Of a stretch of DNA of 64,000 nt, positions 18,649 through 27,227 are shown one piece after another. The translations under genes and the position numbers were made by a program. The notes beneath the pieces were generated by a model that saw only the letters and a program-made list of their open reading frames with translations, was not told where the DNA came from and searched no databases. Within the stretch, counting starts at the first letter, position 1. Each line of letters starts with the position of its first letter. Source of the DNA: Deltaproteobacteria bacterium (GTDB taxonomy: Bacteria; Myxococcota_A; UBA796; SXON01); NCBI GenBank assembly GCA_947484175.1, contig CANKOI010000002.1, positions 22,222 to 86,221 of the forward strand, written 5' to 3'.

Positions 18649-19419
18649 CTACCAGTCCGTCGCCCAGTCCCACGCCTGCTTCCCGAGGTCGGCTGCCTGC
18701 CCACCCTTCTTCGCGGCCCAGTCCACGCCCTGCCCACCCTTCTTCGCGGCCCAGTCCACGCCCTGGCTGCCCCACTGCGGGAGGACCTTGAGACCCGTCT
18801 CCACCATCTGGCTGACGCCGTCGATGGTGAGCAGATCCCCCATGTCGGGCGTCGTGGAGATCTTCAGCAGGTCGCTGGGCGGAAGCTTGGAGAGCCCCGC
18901 CGCGACGTAGGCGTTGGGGTGCGTTCCGTAAGCGAACGCGCGAAAGGCGGCACCGTTGAGCTCGAGAGTAGCAAAGGCGGAGCGGCTCGTGGTGAGGCGG
19001 TTCTCCATCGCCTGCTGCAGGAGGACGAACGCGCGCTGCAACCAAGCCTGCCCCTCGCCGCTGAGCGTCGGCTTGAGCACGGTGGTGAAACGCTTGGCGT
19101 ACTTGTCGCCGTAGTTCATGTAGTAGTCGGGTGGCGAGGCGGAGGAATGGCGAGAGACGAAGTCGTCCTTACGAGCTTCGTAGTACCCGACCTTGCCGAT
19201 CATGCCCGGGAGGGGAGTGGGCAGCCTGGCCGCGGTCTGCTCGCTGACTTCGCCGGCCACGGCGCTGTTGCCCTTCGTGTTCTGCCCCGTCACCGCCCTT
19301 CCGACCTCGGTGCCCGAGGACATTCCGGTACCCGAGCTGGTGGCCGGCGCGGTTACCTGCGGCGCGACCTGCGGCGCCTGCGCTGGGGTAGTCTGGGTCG
19401 CGTGCGCCAAGTCACCCAT
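18649..19419 (-). CDS. Putative secreted effector: GNxAV-type leader plus a helical domain resembling stanniocalcin-like/Rhs C-terminal domains
   Basis: ATG 19419 preceded by GAGG; MGDLAHATQTTPAQAPQVAPQ...KGNSAVAG; PPDYYMNYGDKYAKRF...LSGEGQAW...LQQAME...AYGTHPNAY. Confidence 0.7.
   Translation of the reverse strand: MGDLAHATQTTPAQAPQVAPQVTAPATSSGTGMSSGTEVGRAVTGQNTKGNSAVAGEVSEQTAARLPTPLPGMIGKVGYYEARKDDFVSRHSSASPPDYYMNYGDKYAKRFTTVLKPTLSGEGQAWLQRAFVLLQQAMENRLTTSRSAFATLELNGAAFRAFAYGTHPNAYVAAGLSKLPPSDLLKISTTPDMGDLLTIDGVSQMVETGLKVLPQWGSQGVDWAAKKGGQGVDWAAKKGGQAADLGKQAWDWATDW
18696..18765. repeat. 33-bp coding tandem repeat (GGQGVDWAAKK x2)
   Basis: CCTGCCCACCCTTCTTCGCGGCCCAGTCCACGC repeated exactly. 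Confidence 0.9.
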
Positions 19420-19438
19420 TTTCGCCTCGTTCCGTCTG

Positions 19439-19467
19439 TGACTAAAGGCGCTGGCGGCGAAAGTCAA
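19439..19467 (-). promoter_or_regulatory. Putative sigma70 promoter for the effector/immunity pair
   Basis: TTGACT, 17 bp, TAGTCA on the minus strand. Confidence 0.5.
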
Positions 19468-19637
19468 CAGCGTTGCTCGCGGCCGCCCACTCGCCGTTCG
19501 CGCCGCCGCCGCGCCCTCGACGTGTCGCCGAACTCGACCAAGCCTCGAGGTCTCACCGAGTTCGCAAACATCGGCCCGAAGCACCGTCGACGTCGACGGC
19601 GGTTGCGAGCCCGCGAATCGCGGCTACCATGGGGGCC

Positions 19638-20306
19638 GTGAGCGACACACATCCTCGGGGGCCCCCGCTCTCCCGCCCCAGCCTCCGCGGCAAACTCCAC
19701 GCTTGGGCCGCCGGTTTCGCCCTCCTCGCCGGGTTCCCGCTGTGTACGCTGGCCGCGGCACGCGACGGCTGGAAGCCGCTCGTCGGTTGCTTGATCTACG
19801 CCGTGGCCCTGTGCGCCCTGTTCGGAATCAGCGGCCTGTACCATCGTGTCACCTGGGGTCCGCGCGCCTACCTCGCGATGAAACGCCTCGACCACTCCAT
19901 GATCTTCGTGTTCATCGCCGGGTGCTACACCGCGTTTTCGCTGTTGTTGCTCGACGGTCCGCTCGCCCGTGTCCTGCTGTGGTCCGTTTGGGGCGGTGCT
20001 CTCGCGGGTGTGGCCCTGAAGATGGTGTGGCCGCGTGCGCCGCGCTGGCTCGGTTTTCCGCTCTACGTCGGCCTCGGCTGCCTCGCCTTCCTCGTGCTGC
20101 CGGACCTGCTGGCGCGCGGCGGACCGCTCACGATAGGCCTGCTCATCACCGGAGGGCTCATCTACATCGTGGGCGGCGCCTGCTGGGCGATGCGCTGGCC
20201 CAACCCCTGGCCGCAGACCTTCGGTCACCACGAAATCTTCCACACCGCCGTGGTCGTGGCGGCGGCGGTACACCACGTCGCGTTGTACAGCGCGCTGTAC
20301 GCATAA
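19638..20306 (+). CDS. Hemolysin III/PAQR family membrane protein (TrhA-like)
   Basis: RPSLRGKLH, SGLYH, RLDHSMIF, FGHHEIFH; start at GTG 19638 or ATG 19629. Confidence 0.92.
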   Translation: MSDTHPRGPPLSRPSLRGKLHAWAAGFALLAGFPLCTLAAARDGWKPLVGCLIYAVALCALFGISGLYHRVTWGPRAYLAMKRLDHSMIFVFIAGCYTAFSLLLLDGPLARVLLWSVWGGALAGVALKMVWPRAPRWLGFPLYVGLGCLAFLVLPDLLARGGPLTIGLLITGGLIYIVGGACWAMRWPNPWPQTFGHHEIFHTAVVVAAAVHHVALYSALYA

Positions 20307-20340
20307 AGGGACGGGGGACGACGGACGAGGGCGCTACCGT

Positions 20341-21116
20341 GCGGCCGGCCGCTCGAACCACGGCGCCGCGAGGGTGCACGCCAACGTCGCGAGCTGTGAA
20401 AGCACGGCCAGCCCGAAGATGGCGAGCCCCTCGTCCCGTGGCAGCCGCTCAAACACCGTCATCAACGACAATGCCCCCGCCACCGACCGCTGGTACAAGC
20501 GGCACTCGCGCACGCATGGTTCGAGACCATCCACCCCTTCGCCGACGGGAATGGGCGCACCGGGCGAGCTCTCCTGCAGCTCATCCTGCGCCGCCGAGGG
20601 TTGTGTCGGCGGTTCGTGCCCCCCATCAGCCTCGTCCTCGCCACCCGCTCGAAGGACTACGTGGCGGGGCTCACCGCCACGCGCGTCCTTGGCGACGCGA
20701 CCGATCCCCGGCTCGCCGCGGGCGTGAATGCATGGTTGGAACGGATGGCGAGCGCTGCGCGCGTGGCGTGCGCCAAGGCCCAGACGTACGAGACGAAGAT
20801 CGGGACCCTCGTGGAAACCTGGCGGGCCCGCGTGACGGAGTCCCATGGCGCGCTGCGTGCCGACGCCGCGGTGTGGACGTTGCTGTCGGTGCTGCCAGCG
20901 GCACCGCTACTGACAGCGTCTGCCGCAGTCGAGCTCACCGGTCGCTCCGCGCGAGCCGTCGACGGGGCCATCGCCCAGCTCAGCGCCGCCGGAGTGCTCA
21001 AGCAGATCGGCGGCCGCATCCGGTACCGCGTCTATGAGGCGACCGGCGTGTTTGAGCTGGTCACGGACACGGAGCGGACACCCGCGGCAGCCAGTCCGCC
21101 CCCGCCCCCGTCGTGA
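20341..21116 (+). pseudogene. 5'-truncated Fic-domain gene with a C-terminal winged HTH
   Basis: [38 protein letters not shown] is in frame with ORF 20601..21116; in-frame stop at 20397 with no ATG/GTG between it and the motif. Confidence 0.8.
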
Positions 21117-22128
21117 GTACCCGCGCCCCCACCCCATCGGCCCCCACGGTGTGCAGCAGGGTGCGGCCTTCCACTGGCGCCGCGTAGAGCGCAGCGTCGC
21201 CGCCGCGTGTCCACGCGGGGGGTGCGTTCGCGGCGATGGCGGGTACGCTGCCGAGGCGGAGGCCGCGCACGGCGTCGATGAGCAGCAACTCGGCGCCCCC
21301 CTCCCCCGCCACGATCACCGCGAGGCGGCGGCCATCGGGCGACCAGGAGAGGGCGACCGCCCCGTCCGTGAGCGGCGACAGGCGTGAGGCATCGCCGCCG
21401 TCGGGCAGCGAGGTCGTTACCGCCGTGGTCGGCCCGCGGGTGCTCAGGTAGGCGATGCGGGCGCCGTCGGGGCGGAAGGCGGGGGAACGATCGTCGCCGG
21501 CCTCGGTGGTGAGGCGCTCTGCCGCCCCGCCGCCGAGGGGCTGTCGGTACAGTTCGAGGTCGCCGTCGCGGCTGGACGCAAAGAGGAGCCAGCTCCCATC
21601 GGGCGACAGGGCGGGATCGAAGCTGCCGTGGGCGGCGTCGGTGAGCCGGTGGGCCTCCCCGCCCTCACGGGCCACGCGCCACAGGTCGCGGAAGCTCGCG
21701 GCGCTCGACTCGTACACGACGAAGGCGCCATCGGCGCTCCAGACGGGGTTGCGCACGAACTCCGCGTCGGGTGCCAGCGCGGTACAGGGCCCCGCCGCTG
21801 GCGGCAGAGGCATCGTGCAGAGGCGCTCACGGTGGCCCTCGGGCGGGTCTTCACTCTGAACGAGGAGCGCCACCTTGCCGAGAGGGTCGGGTGCGGCCGG
21901 GAAGGCGCCCGCGAGGAGGTCGCCGGTGGCGCCCGTGGCGAGGTCGATCCACGCGGTGGCAACGGTGCCCGCGCGCTCCCGCACGAACAGCGCCCGGCCC
22001 TCGAGCGGCGGCGCTGGCACCTCGGAGGAGCAGGCGGCGCCCAGCACGAGCAACCCCGCGAGGGCCACGCGATGCGCGCCCGGCCAGCCTTCGCCCCCAC
22101 GTGGACGGGATTCGCGCATCGCCCCCAC
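21061..22128 (-). CDS. TolB-like PD40 beta-propeller lipoprotein
   Basis: Lipobox LGAAC; [30 protein letters not shown] repeats. Confidence 0.85.
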   Translation of the reverse strand: MGAMRESRPRGGEGWPGAHRVALAGLLVLGAACSSEVPAPPLEGRALFVRERAGTVATAWIDLATGATGDLLAGAFPAAPDPLGKVALLVQSEDPPEGHRERLCTMPLPPAAGPCTALAPDAEFVRNPVWSADGAFVVYESSAASFRDLWRVAREGGEAHRLTDAAHGSFDPALSPDGSWLLFASSRDGDLELYRQPLGGGAAERLTTEAGDDRSPAFRPDGARIAYLSTRGPTTAVTTSLPDGGDASRLSPLTDGAVALSWSPDGRRLAVIVAGEGGAELLLIDAVRGLRLGSVPAIAANAPPAWTRGGDAALYAAPVEGRTLLHTVGADGVGARVLTTGAGADWLPRVSAPCP

Positions 22129-22131
22129 CCC

Positions 22132-23691
22132 TCAGCAGGGCGTGAGGCGGACCGCGTCGGCCACGGCGTATTTGCCGGTGCCTGCCCAACGCGAGAGGAG
22201 GACTTGGTTGGAGCCGGCCGGGAAGGTCCAATTTCCGAGCTTGTTCCACTTTCCGCCGTTCGTTTGCTGGTTCACGGTGGCCCGGCCCACTTCTCGGTCG
22301 GATTCGTCCCAGCCAACCCAAGTGATCGAGGAGGGACGGTCGCTGCCCGCCGGCCACCAGGCCTCGACCGTGTAACAACGGGACTGGTCGGTTTCGAAGC
22401 GGAAATGGGCAGGATCGGACACCCCTTCCGTGGGGGCCGCCCAGTAGCCGGTGTTGTAGTAGCCGCTGGTGCTTGCGGAGGAGAACCACGCGCTCGACAC
22501 CTCGATCCAGTAGGCGGAGGTGTCGTTCGCCCCGTTGTTGCTGTCGATCACGAAGGCGGTGGCGGTGGGCAGGCTGCCGCTCGAGGAGCTCGACGAGCCA
22601 GAGGACCCCGAGCTGCCGGAAGACCCCGAGCCGCTCGACGAGCCCGAGCTCCCGCAGGCCGCCCGCACCTGGTCGAGGTAGCTGCTCCAGGGCCAGCCGC
22701 TCCCGGGGTCGCTGCGGCTCCACGGCTGAAGTTGGCCGTGACCCACGATGTGGTAGCTGTCCACGGGCACGCCGTGCCGCTGCGTGACCCCGCAGGCGAT
22801 GGCGGCGCTGCGGGCGAGCAGGCCCTTGTCCCACGAGGTCTGCGAGGTGTAGCCGGCGTGCTCGATGCCCACCGAGATGGTGTTCATCGAGGCCCCGTTG
22901 CTCGCGCAGTCCTGATTGGCGTTGAGGCTGCAGTCGTACGTGGCGCTGATGTGCCAGGCGCGCTCCGACTCGTCGACAAGCTGGCGCACCTCGCTGCCGT
23001 CGGTGTTCACGACGTAGTGGGCGCTCACGCTGGAGCGAGTGTCGGTGAGCCAGCTCCAGCACCCGGAGTAGCTGCCCTCGCAGGCGTGGACGATGACGTA
23101 CTCCACGTCGGCCCCGCTGCGGCTGTTGGTGTTGGGCGAGGGGGTCCACACGGTGGAGCTGTCGCCGGTCCGCGAGGCGGTGCGGGTGGGCGGCGGGTAG
23201 GCCGGCAGGTCGATGCGCGGCTCGGAGCGCAGACCCTCCACCTCCACGCCCTGCTGGAGCTGGTCGTACACCTCGTACCACACGTACTCGCGGCGCCCCT
23301 CCTCGTCGCGGATGCCCGAATACTGCGCCACCACCGGGGCCCACGCGCTCAGGTCGTTGGTGTCGATGCCGCCAAGCTCGGCGTACCCGGCGAGCAGCGA
23401 GGCCGCGGCCAGCACGTTGGCGTCGTCGTTGCGGCGCACCACCTCAGGGTCGTGGCCCGCCAGCTTCGCCGCCTTCTCAAGCACATCTTCGCGCAGGCCC
23501 ATCACCCCCCAGCCTACGGACTGCCCAGGGAACTCCTCGGCGCCTTCCACGCGTTGCACCCCGGTTTCCGCAGCGGCAATCGCCAGCAGCAGCTCAAACG
23601 GAACGCCCGTTTGGGCCTCCGCGGCGAGAAAGGCGTTGGCGGGACCTTCGGACGACTCTACGGCACAGGAAACAGCGAGGAGCAGCAGCAT
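22132..23691 (-). CDS. N-acetylmuramoyl-L-alanine amidase (Amidase_2) with Ser/Gly linker and golvesin-like C-terminal domain
   Basis: Start MLLLLAVSC; VIVHACEG, VSAHYVV, RAWH, SVGIEH, IVGH...DPG; VNQQTNGGKWNKLG...AVADAVRL. Confidence 0.9.
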   Translation of the reverse strand: MLLLLAVSCAVESSEGPANAFLAAEAQTGVPFELLLAIAAAETGVQRVEGAEEFPGQSVGWGVMGLREDVLEKAAKLAGHDPEVVRRNDDANVLAAASLLAGYAELGGIDTNDLSAWAPVVAQYSGIRDEEGRREYVWYEVYDQLQQGVEVEGLRSEPRIDLPAYPPPTRTASRTGDSSTVWTPSPNTNSRSGADVEYVIVHACEGSYSGCWSWLTDTRSSVSAHYVVNTDGSEVRQLVDESERAWHISATYDCSLNANQDCASNGASMNTISVGIEHAGYTSQTSWDKGLLARSAAIACGVTQRHGVPVDSYHIVGHGQLQPWSRSDPGSGWPWSSYLDQVRAACGSSGSSSGSGSSGSSGSSGSSSSSSGSLPTATAFVIDSNNGANDTSAYWIEVSSAWFSSASTSGYYNTGYWAAPTEGVSDPAHFRFETDQSRCYTVEAWWPAGSDRPSSITWVGWDESDREVGRATVNQQTNGGKWNKLGNWTFPAGSNQVLLSRWAGTGKYAVADAVRLTPC

Positions 23692-23703
23692 GCCGCCCCC
23701 TTC

Positions 23704-23718
23704 GCAGGAAGTGTGCCG
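23704..23718 (-). promoter_or_regulatory. Putative sigma54 promoter upstream of the amidase
   Basis: CGGCACACTTCCTGC (GG-N10-GC), ending 12 nt before the ATG. Confidence 0.5.
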
Positions 23719-23803
23719 CGACCCCGGGGATCGTTCTACGCCGATACTTGGCGCCGACCGCCCGCATCTGGGGCGGACACGGGACAGGGAAACGCTGCCC
23801 CGG

Positions 23804-23821
23804 TGGGGCACGCGTGCCCCA
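23804..23821. promoter_or_regulatory. 18-bp perfect palindrome (terminator hairpin or enhancer-binding site)
   Basis: TGGGGCACGCGTGCCCCA. Confidence 0.45.
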
Positions 23822-23824
23822 GCT

Positions 23825-24568
23825 TCACTCGCCGTTCGCGCTGAAGTGCTGCCAGTCCTTCGAGGAGCGCCACGAGCCTCCCCACCCCCATCCCTGCGAG
23901 GTGAACGCGCGCACCGCCTCGCTTCCCGGGTGCAGCATGCCGGCCTCGCTGCGCGTCCGATCCCGCCACGGCCGCCCGCCCTCCGGCGCCACCTTCACCC
24001 CGTCCTGGGCCCCCGTGCGCTCCTTCACGAGGGGGTTCCACAGGGGGTTGATGTCGACCGCGTCGCCGTAGGCGTGGCGGGAAAAGCTACCGCCGCCAAA
24101 ACGATCCCGGCAGTTGAAGCCGGAGGTGTTGTTCGCCTCCATGCTCGCGTCGTCGTCGCCGCCGAACCCCTCGATGGGCTCCATGCGAGCGATCGGAAAG
24201 CCGACCACGTACAGCCGCTCGAAGGCCCCGACCACCACCGCCTCGGCCTCCCGTGAAACGACGATCACCCCGACGCCCACGCTCTCATCGGGCCGGTGGT
24301 GGCTCACCTCCACACGCACGAGAGCCTCCAACGGCACCGGACACCCCTCACGCCACGACACGCCCCGCATCGAGGCCTGCTCCTCGGCGCTCAACGGTCG
24401 GGTGGACGAGGAGAAGGGGGGGACGACCGCAGGCGCCTCCACGACGGGCGTCGCGGGGGGGACCGGCAGGGCGGCGGGCGCAGAAGCGGGCCCGGGGACG
24501 GGCCCCGGAGCGGGCTCCGGCGAGCAAGCCAGCGCGAGAACCAGCGCCGCGGGCAGCCCGCTACCCAC
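23825..24568 (-). CDS. M15-family D,D-peptidase lipoprotein
   Basis: NNTSGFNCR, SRHAYGDAVDINP, WGWGG, DWQHF; GTG 24568 overlaps the upstream stop. Confidence 0.9.
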   Translation of the reverse strand: MGSGLPAALVLALACSPEPAPGPVPGPASAPAALPVPPATPVVEAPAVVPPFSSSTRPLSAEEQASMRGVSWREGCPVPLEALVRVEVSHHRPDESVGVGVIVVSREAEAVVVGAFERLYVVGFPIARMEPIEGFGGDDDASMEANNTSGFNCRDRFGGGSFSRHAYGDAVDINPLWNPLVKERTGAQDGVKVAPEGGRPWRDRTRSEAGMLHPGSEAVRAFTSQGWGWGGSWRSSKDWQHFSANGE

Positions 24569-25403
24569 CGTTGGCCGGCGGGAGCGGCGATGGCGCGCCT
24601 TCGAGGCGACGCCACACGGCATCCACCTCGTCGGGGTCCACCCATGCCAAAAGCATCACGATCATCGTGGCGCTGAAGCTGCCAACGGGGAGCAGCGCGT
24701 AGAAGAGGCCGTGCAACAGGAGCGCCGAGGGGAGGAGCACGGGCCGGAAGCGGCGGAACCACATGCCCAAGGGGAGCGCGAACTCCAGCCCCACGGTGGC
24801 GATCGAAACCACCGTGAGCAGCGGCCCCACGATCGGCACCCAGTCGCCCAGCTTCGCGTAGTAGCCGAAGAGGATTTGCAGCATCCGGTCGCCGTTGAGG
24901 AACCGAAGCTCCACCTTATCGATGGCACCCCAGAACCACACCACAGCCTCGGCCACGCAGAGCAGGCGAGTCGCCCACAGGTCGCCATCGGACGTAGGCA
25001 CCGCCTCGCCACGCCGCTCCGCACGGCGAGCGAGGAGCCAACGATCGACGCTCCACGAGTTTCCGATCGGGAGCAGCGCGCTCAGCACTAGGGCGTGGGC
25101 GAGAACCTTGCTGTGGTGATGCCAGTACACGTCGTCGCCGCCAACCAGGCCGAAGCCGTACACCAGCGCCATCGACGACACCCCGGTGGCGAACATCCCG
25201 AGCCGGGTGAACCAGCCCAGAAACGCCATCGAGGTGCCGGCGAAGAACAGCAGCGACACGGCGAGGCCCCAGTACCCCTCGGCCTTGTAGAGCAGCCGAA
25301 CGTAGGCCCACTCCGACCAAGCCGCCGCCACGAGCCCCATCCGCAGCAGCGCGAGGTGGCGGGTGCTCCCGGGGCGCGACACCCAGCCGAGGAGGCGGCT
25401 CAC
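24561..25403 (-). CDS. HTTM-domain membrane protein (vitamin K-dependent carboxylase/SdpB-like)
   Basis: LALLRMG, LGWFTR, WHHH, WSVD, GAIDK...FLNG, LLLHG, FSATM; GTG 25403 overlaps the upstream TGA. Confidence 0.8.
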   Translation of the reverse strand: MSRLLGWVSRPGSTRHLALLRMGLVAAAWSEWAYVRLLYKAEGYWGLAVSLLFFAGTSMAFLGWFTRLGMFATGVSSMALVYGFGLVGGDDVYWHHHSKVLAHALVLSALLPIGNSWSVDRWLLARRAERRGEAVPTSDGDLWATRLLCVAEAVVWFWGAIDKVELRFLNGDRMLQILFGYYAKLGDWVPIVGPLLTVVSIATVGLEFALPLGMWFRRFRPVLLPSALLLHGLFYALLPVGSFSATMIVMLLAWVDPDEVDAVWRRLEGAPSPLPPANGG

Positions 25404-25804
25404 CCGCTCATCTCGCACACATCGGTTCGTGACTCCTGCTTCGGCGTTCGCCCCGGGCAGTAGAGGTGCACGCCGATCTCCTGCACACGCCGGTTCGTTC
25501 GGCAGACCTCGGCGGTGCGGGCCTGGTAGGTGTCGCCGGAGCGGAGGCGCGCCGATTGGGGCGAACGCACGGCGCGGCCCGGCTGCAGCACGGGGAAGTG
25601 GCCCAAGGAGGTGTGGTCGCCCGCCGATGAGTACGCCGCGATGCACACGTCGGTGCCCACATCGGAGAACATCGACCAGCGCGGGGCGCCCCGACCGCCC
25701 TTGCCGAACACCTGCCGCGGGATCGGCGACAGCACCAAGCCGCCGCCCACCACGAGGAGGAGCGCGAGGCGGAGCCAGAGCGTGCGCGACGACGGCGGGG
25801 CCAT
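25400..25804 (-). CDS. Small membrane-anchored HTTM partner protein (WxMF motif)
   Basis: N-terminal TM segment, RWSMFS, four Cys; coupled to the HTTM gene. Confidence 0.65.
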   Translation of the reverse strand: MAPPSSRTLWLRLALLLVVGGGLVLSPIPRQVFGKGGRGAPRWSMFSDVGTDVCIAAYSSAGDHTSLGHFPVLQPGRAVRSPQSARLRSGDTYQARTAEVCRTNRRVQEIGVHLYCPGRTPKQESRTDVCEMSG

Positions 25805-25842
25805 GGCCGCCAACGTAGCCCGGGGCCGGATAGGCGGCGGGC

Positions 25843-26463
25843 ATGCTCACCGAGACCGAATACCAACGACCCATCCGGTCGCGGTACCTCGACCCCGTCG
25901 ACCTGGTGTGGCTCGCCACGGCCCGCCGCCTCGGCCTCCACATCCGCCGCAACCCGGCGATCTTCTCCGCCACGGACGGCACGGGCCTCCTCGAGCTGGG
26001 CCCCCGCGACACCCTCGACCCCGACGACAGCACCGCGCAGATGATCCTGCATGAGCTCTGCCATTGGATCACCAACGGCGAGCCCACCTTCCGCGAGCGG
26101 GACTGGGGCTTCCAGCTCGACGCCGAGCTGGACTGGCGCGAGCACGCCTGCCTGCGCCTGCAGGCCGCGCTCGCGGACACCGAGGGGCTCCGCGCCGTGC
26201 TCGCCCCCACGAGCCAGTTCCGAGAGTACTACGATCAAGTTCCCGCCGACCCCTTTGGGCCCGTGCCGGGCTGGGCCTGCGAGGACCGCGTGGTTCCGCT
26301 CGCCCGTGAAGCGTGGGAGCGGGCGTGGGGGGAGCCCTGGGGGGGGCCCCTCCGCAACGTCCTCCGCGCCCACGCAGCAATCCGGGCCACGCTCACGCCC
26401 TTTCTCGACGACTACGCCTCCGACCTTCCCGATGACGCGCTGCCGAGCCTCTGGGGCCGGTAG
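25843..26463 (+). CDS. Hypothetical HExxH protein (EpmC/YfcM-like possible)
   Basis: ILHELCHW, DWG, REHAC; GC3-biased coding. Confidence 0.7.
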   Translation: MLTETEYQRPIRSRYLDPVDLVWLATARRLGLHIRRNPAIFSATDGTGLLELGPRDTLDPDDSTAQMILHELCHWITNGEPTFRERDWGFQLDAELDWREHACLRLQAALADTEGLRAVLAPTSQFREYYDQVPADPFGPVPGWACEDRVVPLAREAWERAWGEPWGGPLRNVLRAHAAIRATLTPFLDDYASDLPDDALPSLWGR

Positions 26464-26501
26464 TTTCTTGGCGCTGCCGCGCCCGTGAGTACGATTCCGC
26501 C

Positions 26502-27209
26502 GTGCCCGTGTACCGCCTCGTCGACGCCCCCATCTTTCCCCCCCCGGAGCACGCCGAGCAGGGGCTCTTGGCCGTGGGGGGCGACTTGCGGCCGGAGCGC
26601 CTCGTGGCCGCTTACCAGCAGGGCATCTTCCCTTGGTACAGCGAAGGGGAGCCGATCTGGTGGCATTCGCCCGACCCGCGTTTCGTGGTCGAGCCCGCGC
26701 GCTTGCACGTGCCACGCTCGCTGGGAAAGGTGATCGCGCGCCGCCCCTTCGAAATCCGGTTTGACAGCGCCTTCCGCAAGGTGATGGAGCGCTGCGGGCA
26801 GCGCAAGCGCCCCGGTCAGAAGGGCACGTGGATCACCCGCGACATGCTCGCGGGCTTCACGCGGCTCCATCAGGACGGGCTCGCCCACAGCGCCGAGGCG
26901 TGGCTCGACGGGAAGCTCGTGGGCGGCCTGTACGGCGTGTCGCTCGGCGACGTGTTCTTCGGGGAGAGCATGTTCGCCGATGTCGACGACGCCTCGAAGA
27001 TCGCGTTCGTCACCCTCGTGCGGTGGCTCGAAGCGCGCGGGGTAGAGCTCGTGGACAGTCAGGTGCACACCGAGCACCTCGCGCGATTCGGGGCCGAGTC
27101 GTGGCCGCGCGAGCGCTACCTCCAACGCCTGAAGGAGCTCGTCTACCGGCCCAACCGAGTCGGCCCGTGGGTGCTCGAGGCCGACGACCCGGCGCTTGGG
27201 AGGCGCTGA
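26502..27209 (+). CDS. aat: Leucyl/phenylalanyl-tRNA--protein transferase
   Basis: GLLAVGGDL, AYQQGIFPW, WWHSPDPR, GGLYG, FFGESMF, DASK. Confidence 0.97.
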   Translation: MPVYRLVDAPIFPPPEHAEQGLLAVGGDLRPERLVAAYQQGIFPWYSEGEPIWWHSPDPRFVVEPARLHVPRSLGKVIARRPFEIRFDSAFRKVMERCGQRKRPGQKGTWITRDMLAGFTRLHQDGLAHSAEAWLDGKLVGGLYGVSLGDVFFGESMFADVDDASKIAFVTLVRWLEARGVELVDSQVHTEHLARFGAESWPRERYLQRLKELVYRPNRVGPWVLEADDPALGRR

Positions 27210-27227
27210 CAGCTTAAGCGCCGCCGC

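Noticed and set aside
15360-18765. CRISPR-Cas locus suggested by the Cas4-like/DinG protein and nearby repeats
   Set aside because: No repeat-spacer array or other cas genes; the 33-bp repeats are contiguous and coding.
25404-26210. N-terminal extension of ORF 24561..26210
   Set aside because: Overlaps two better-supported genes; the HTTM domain begins at GTG 25403.
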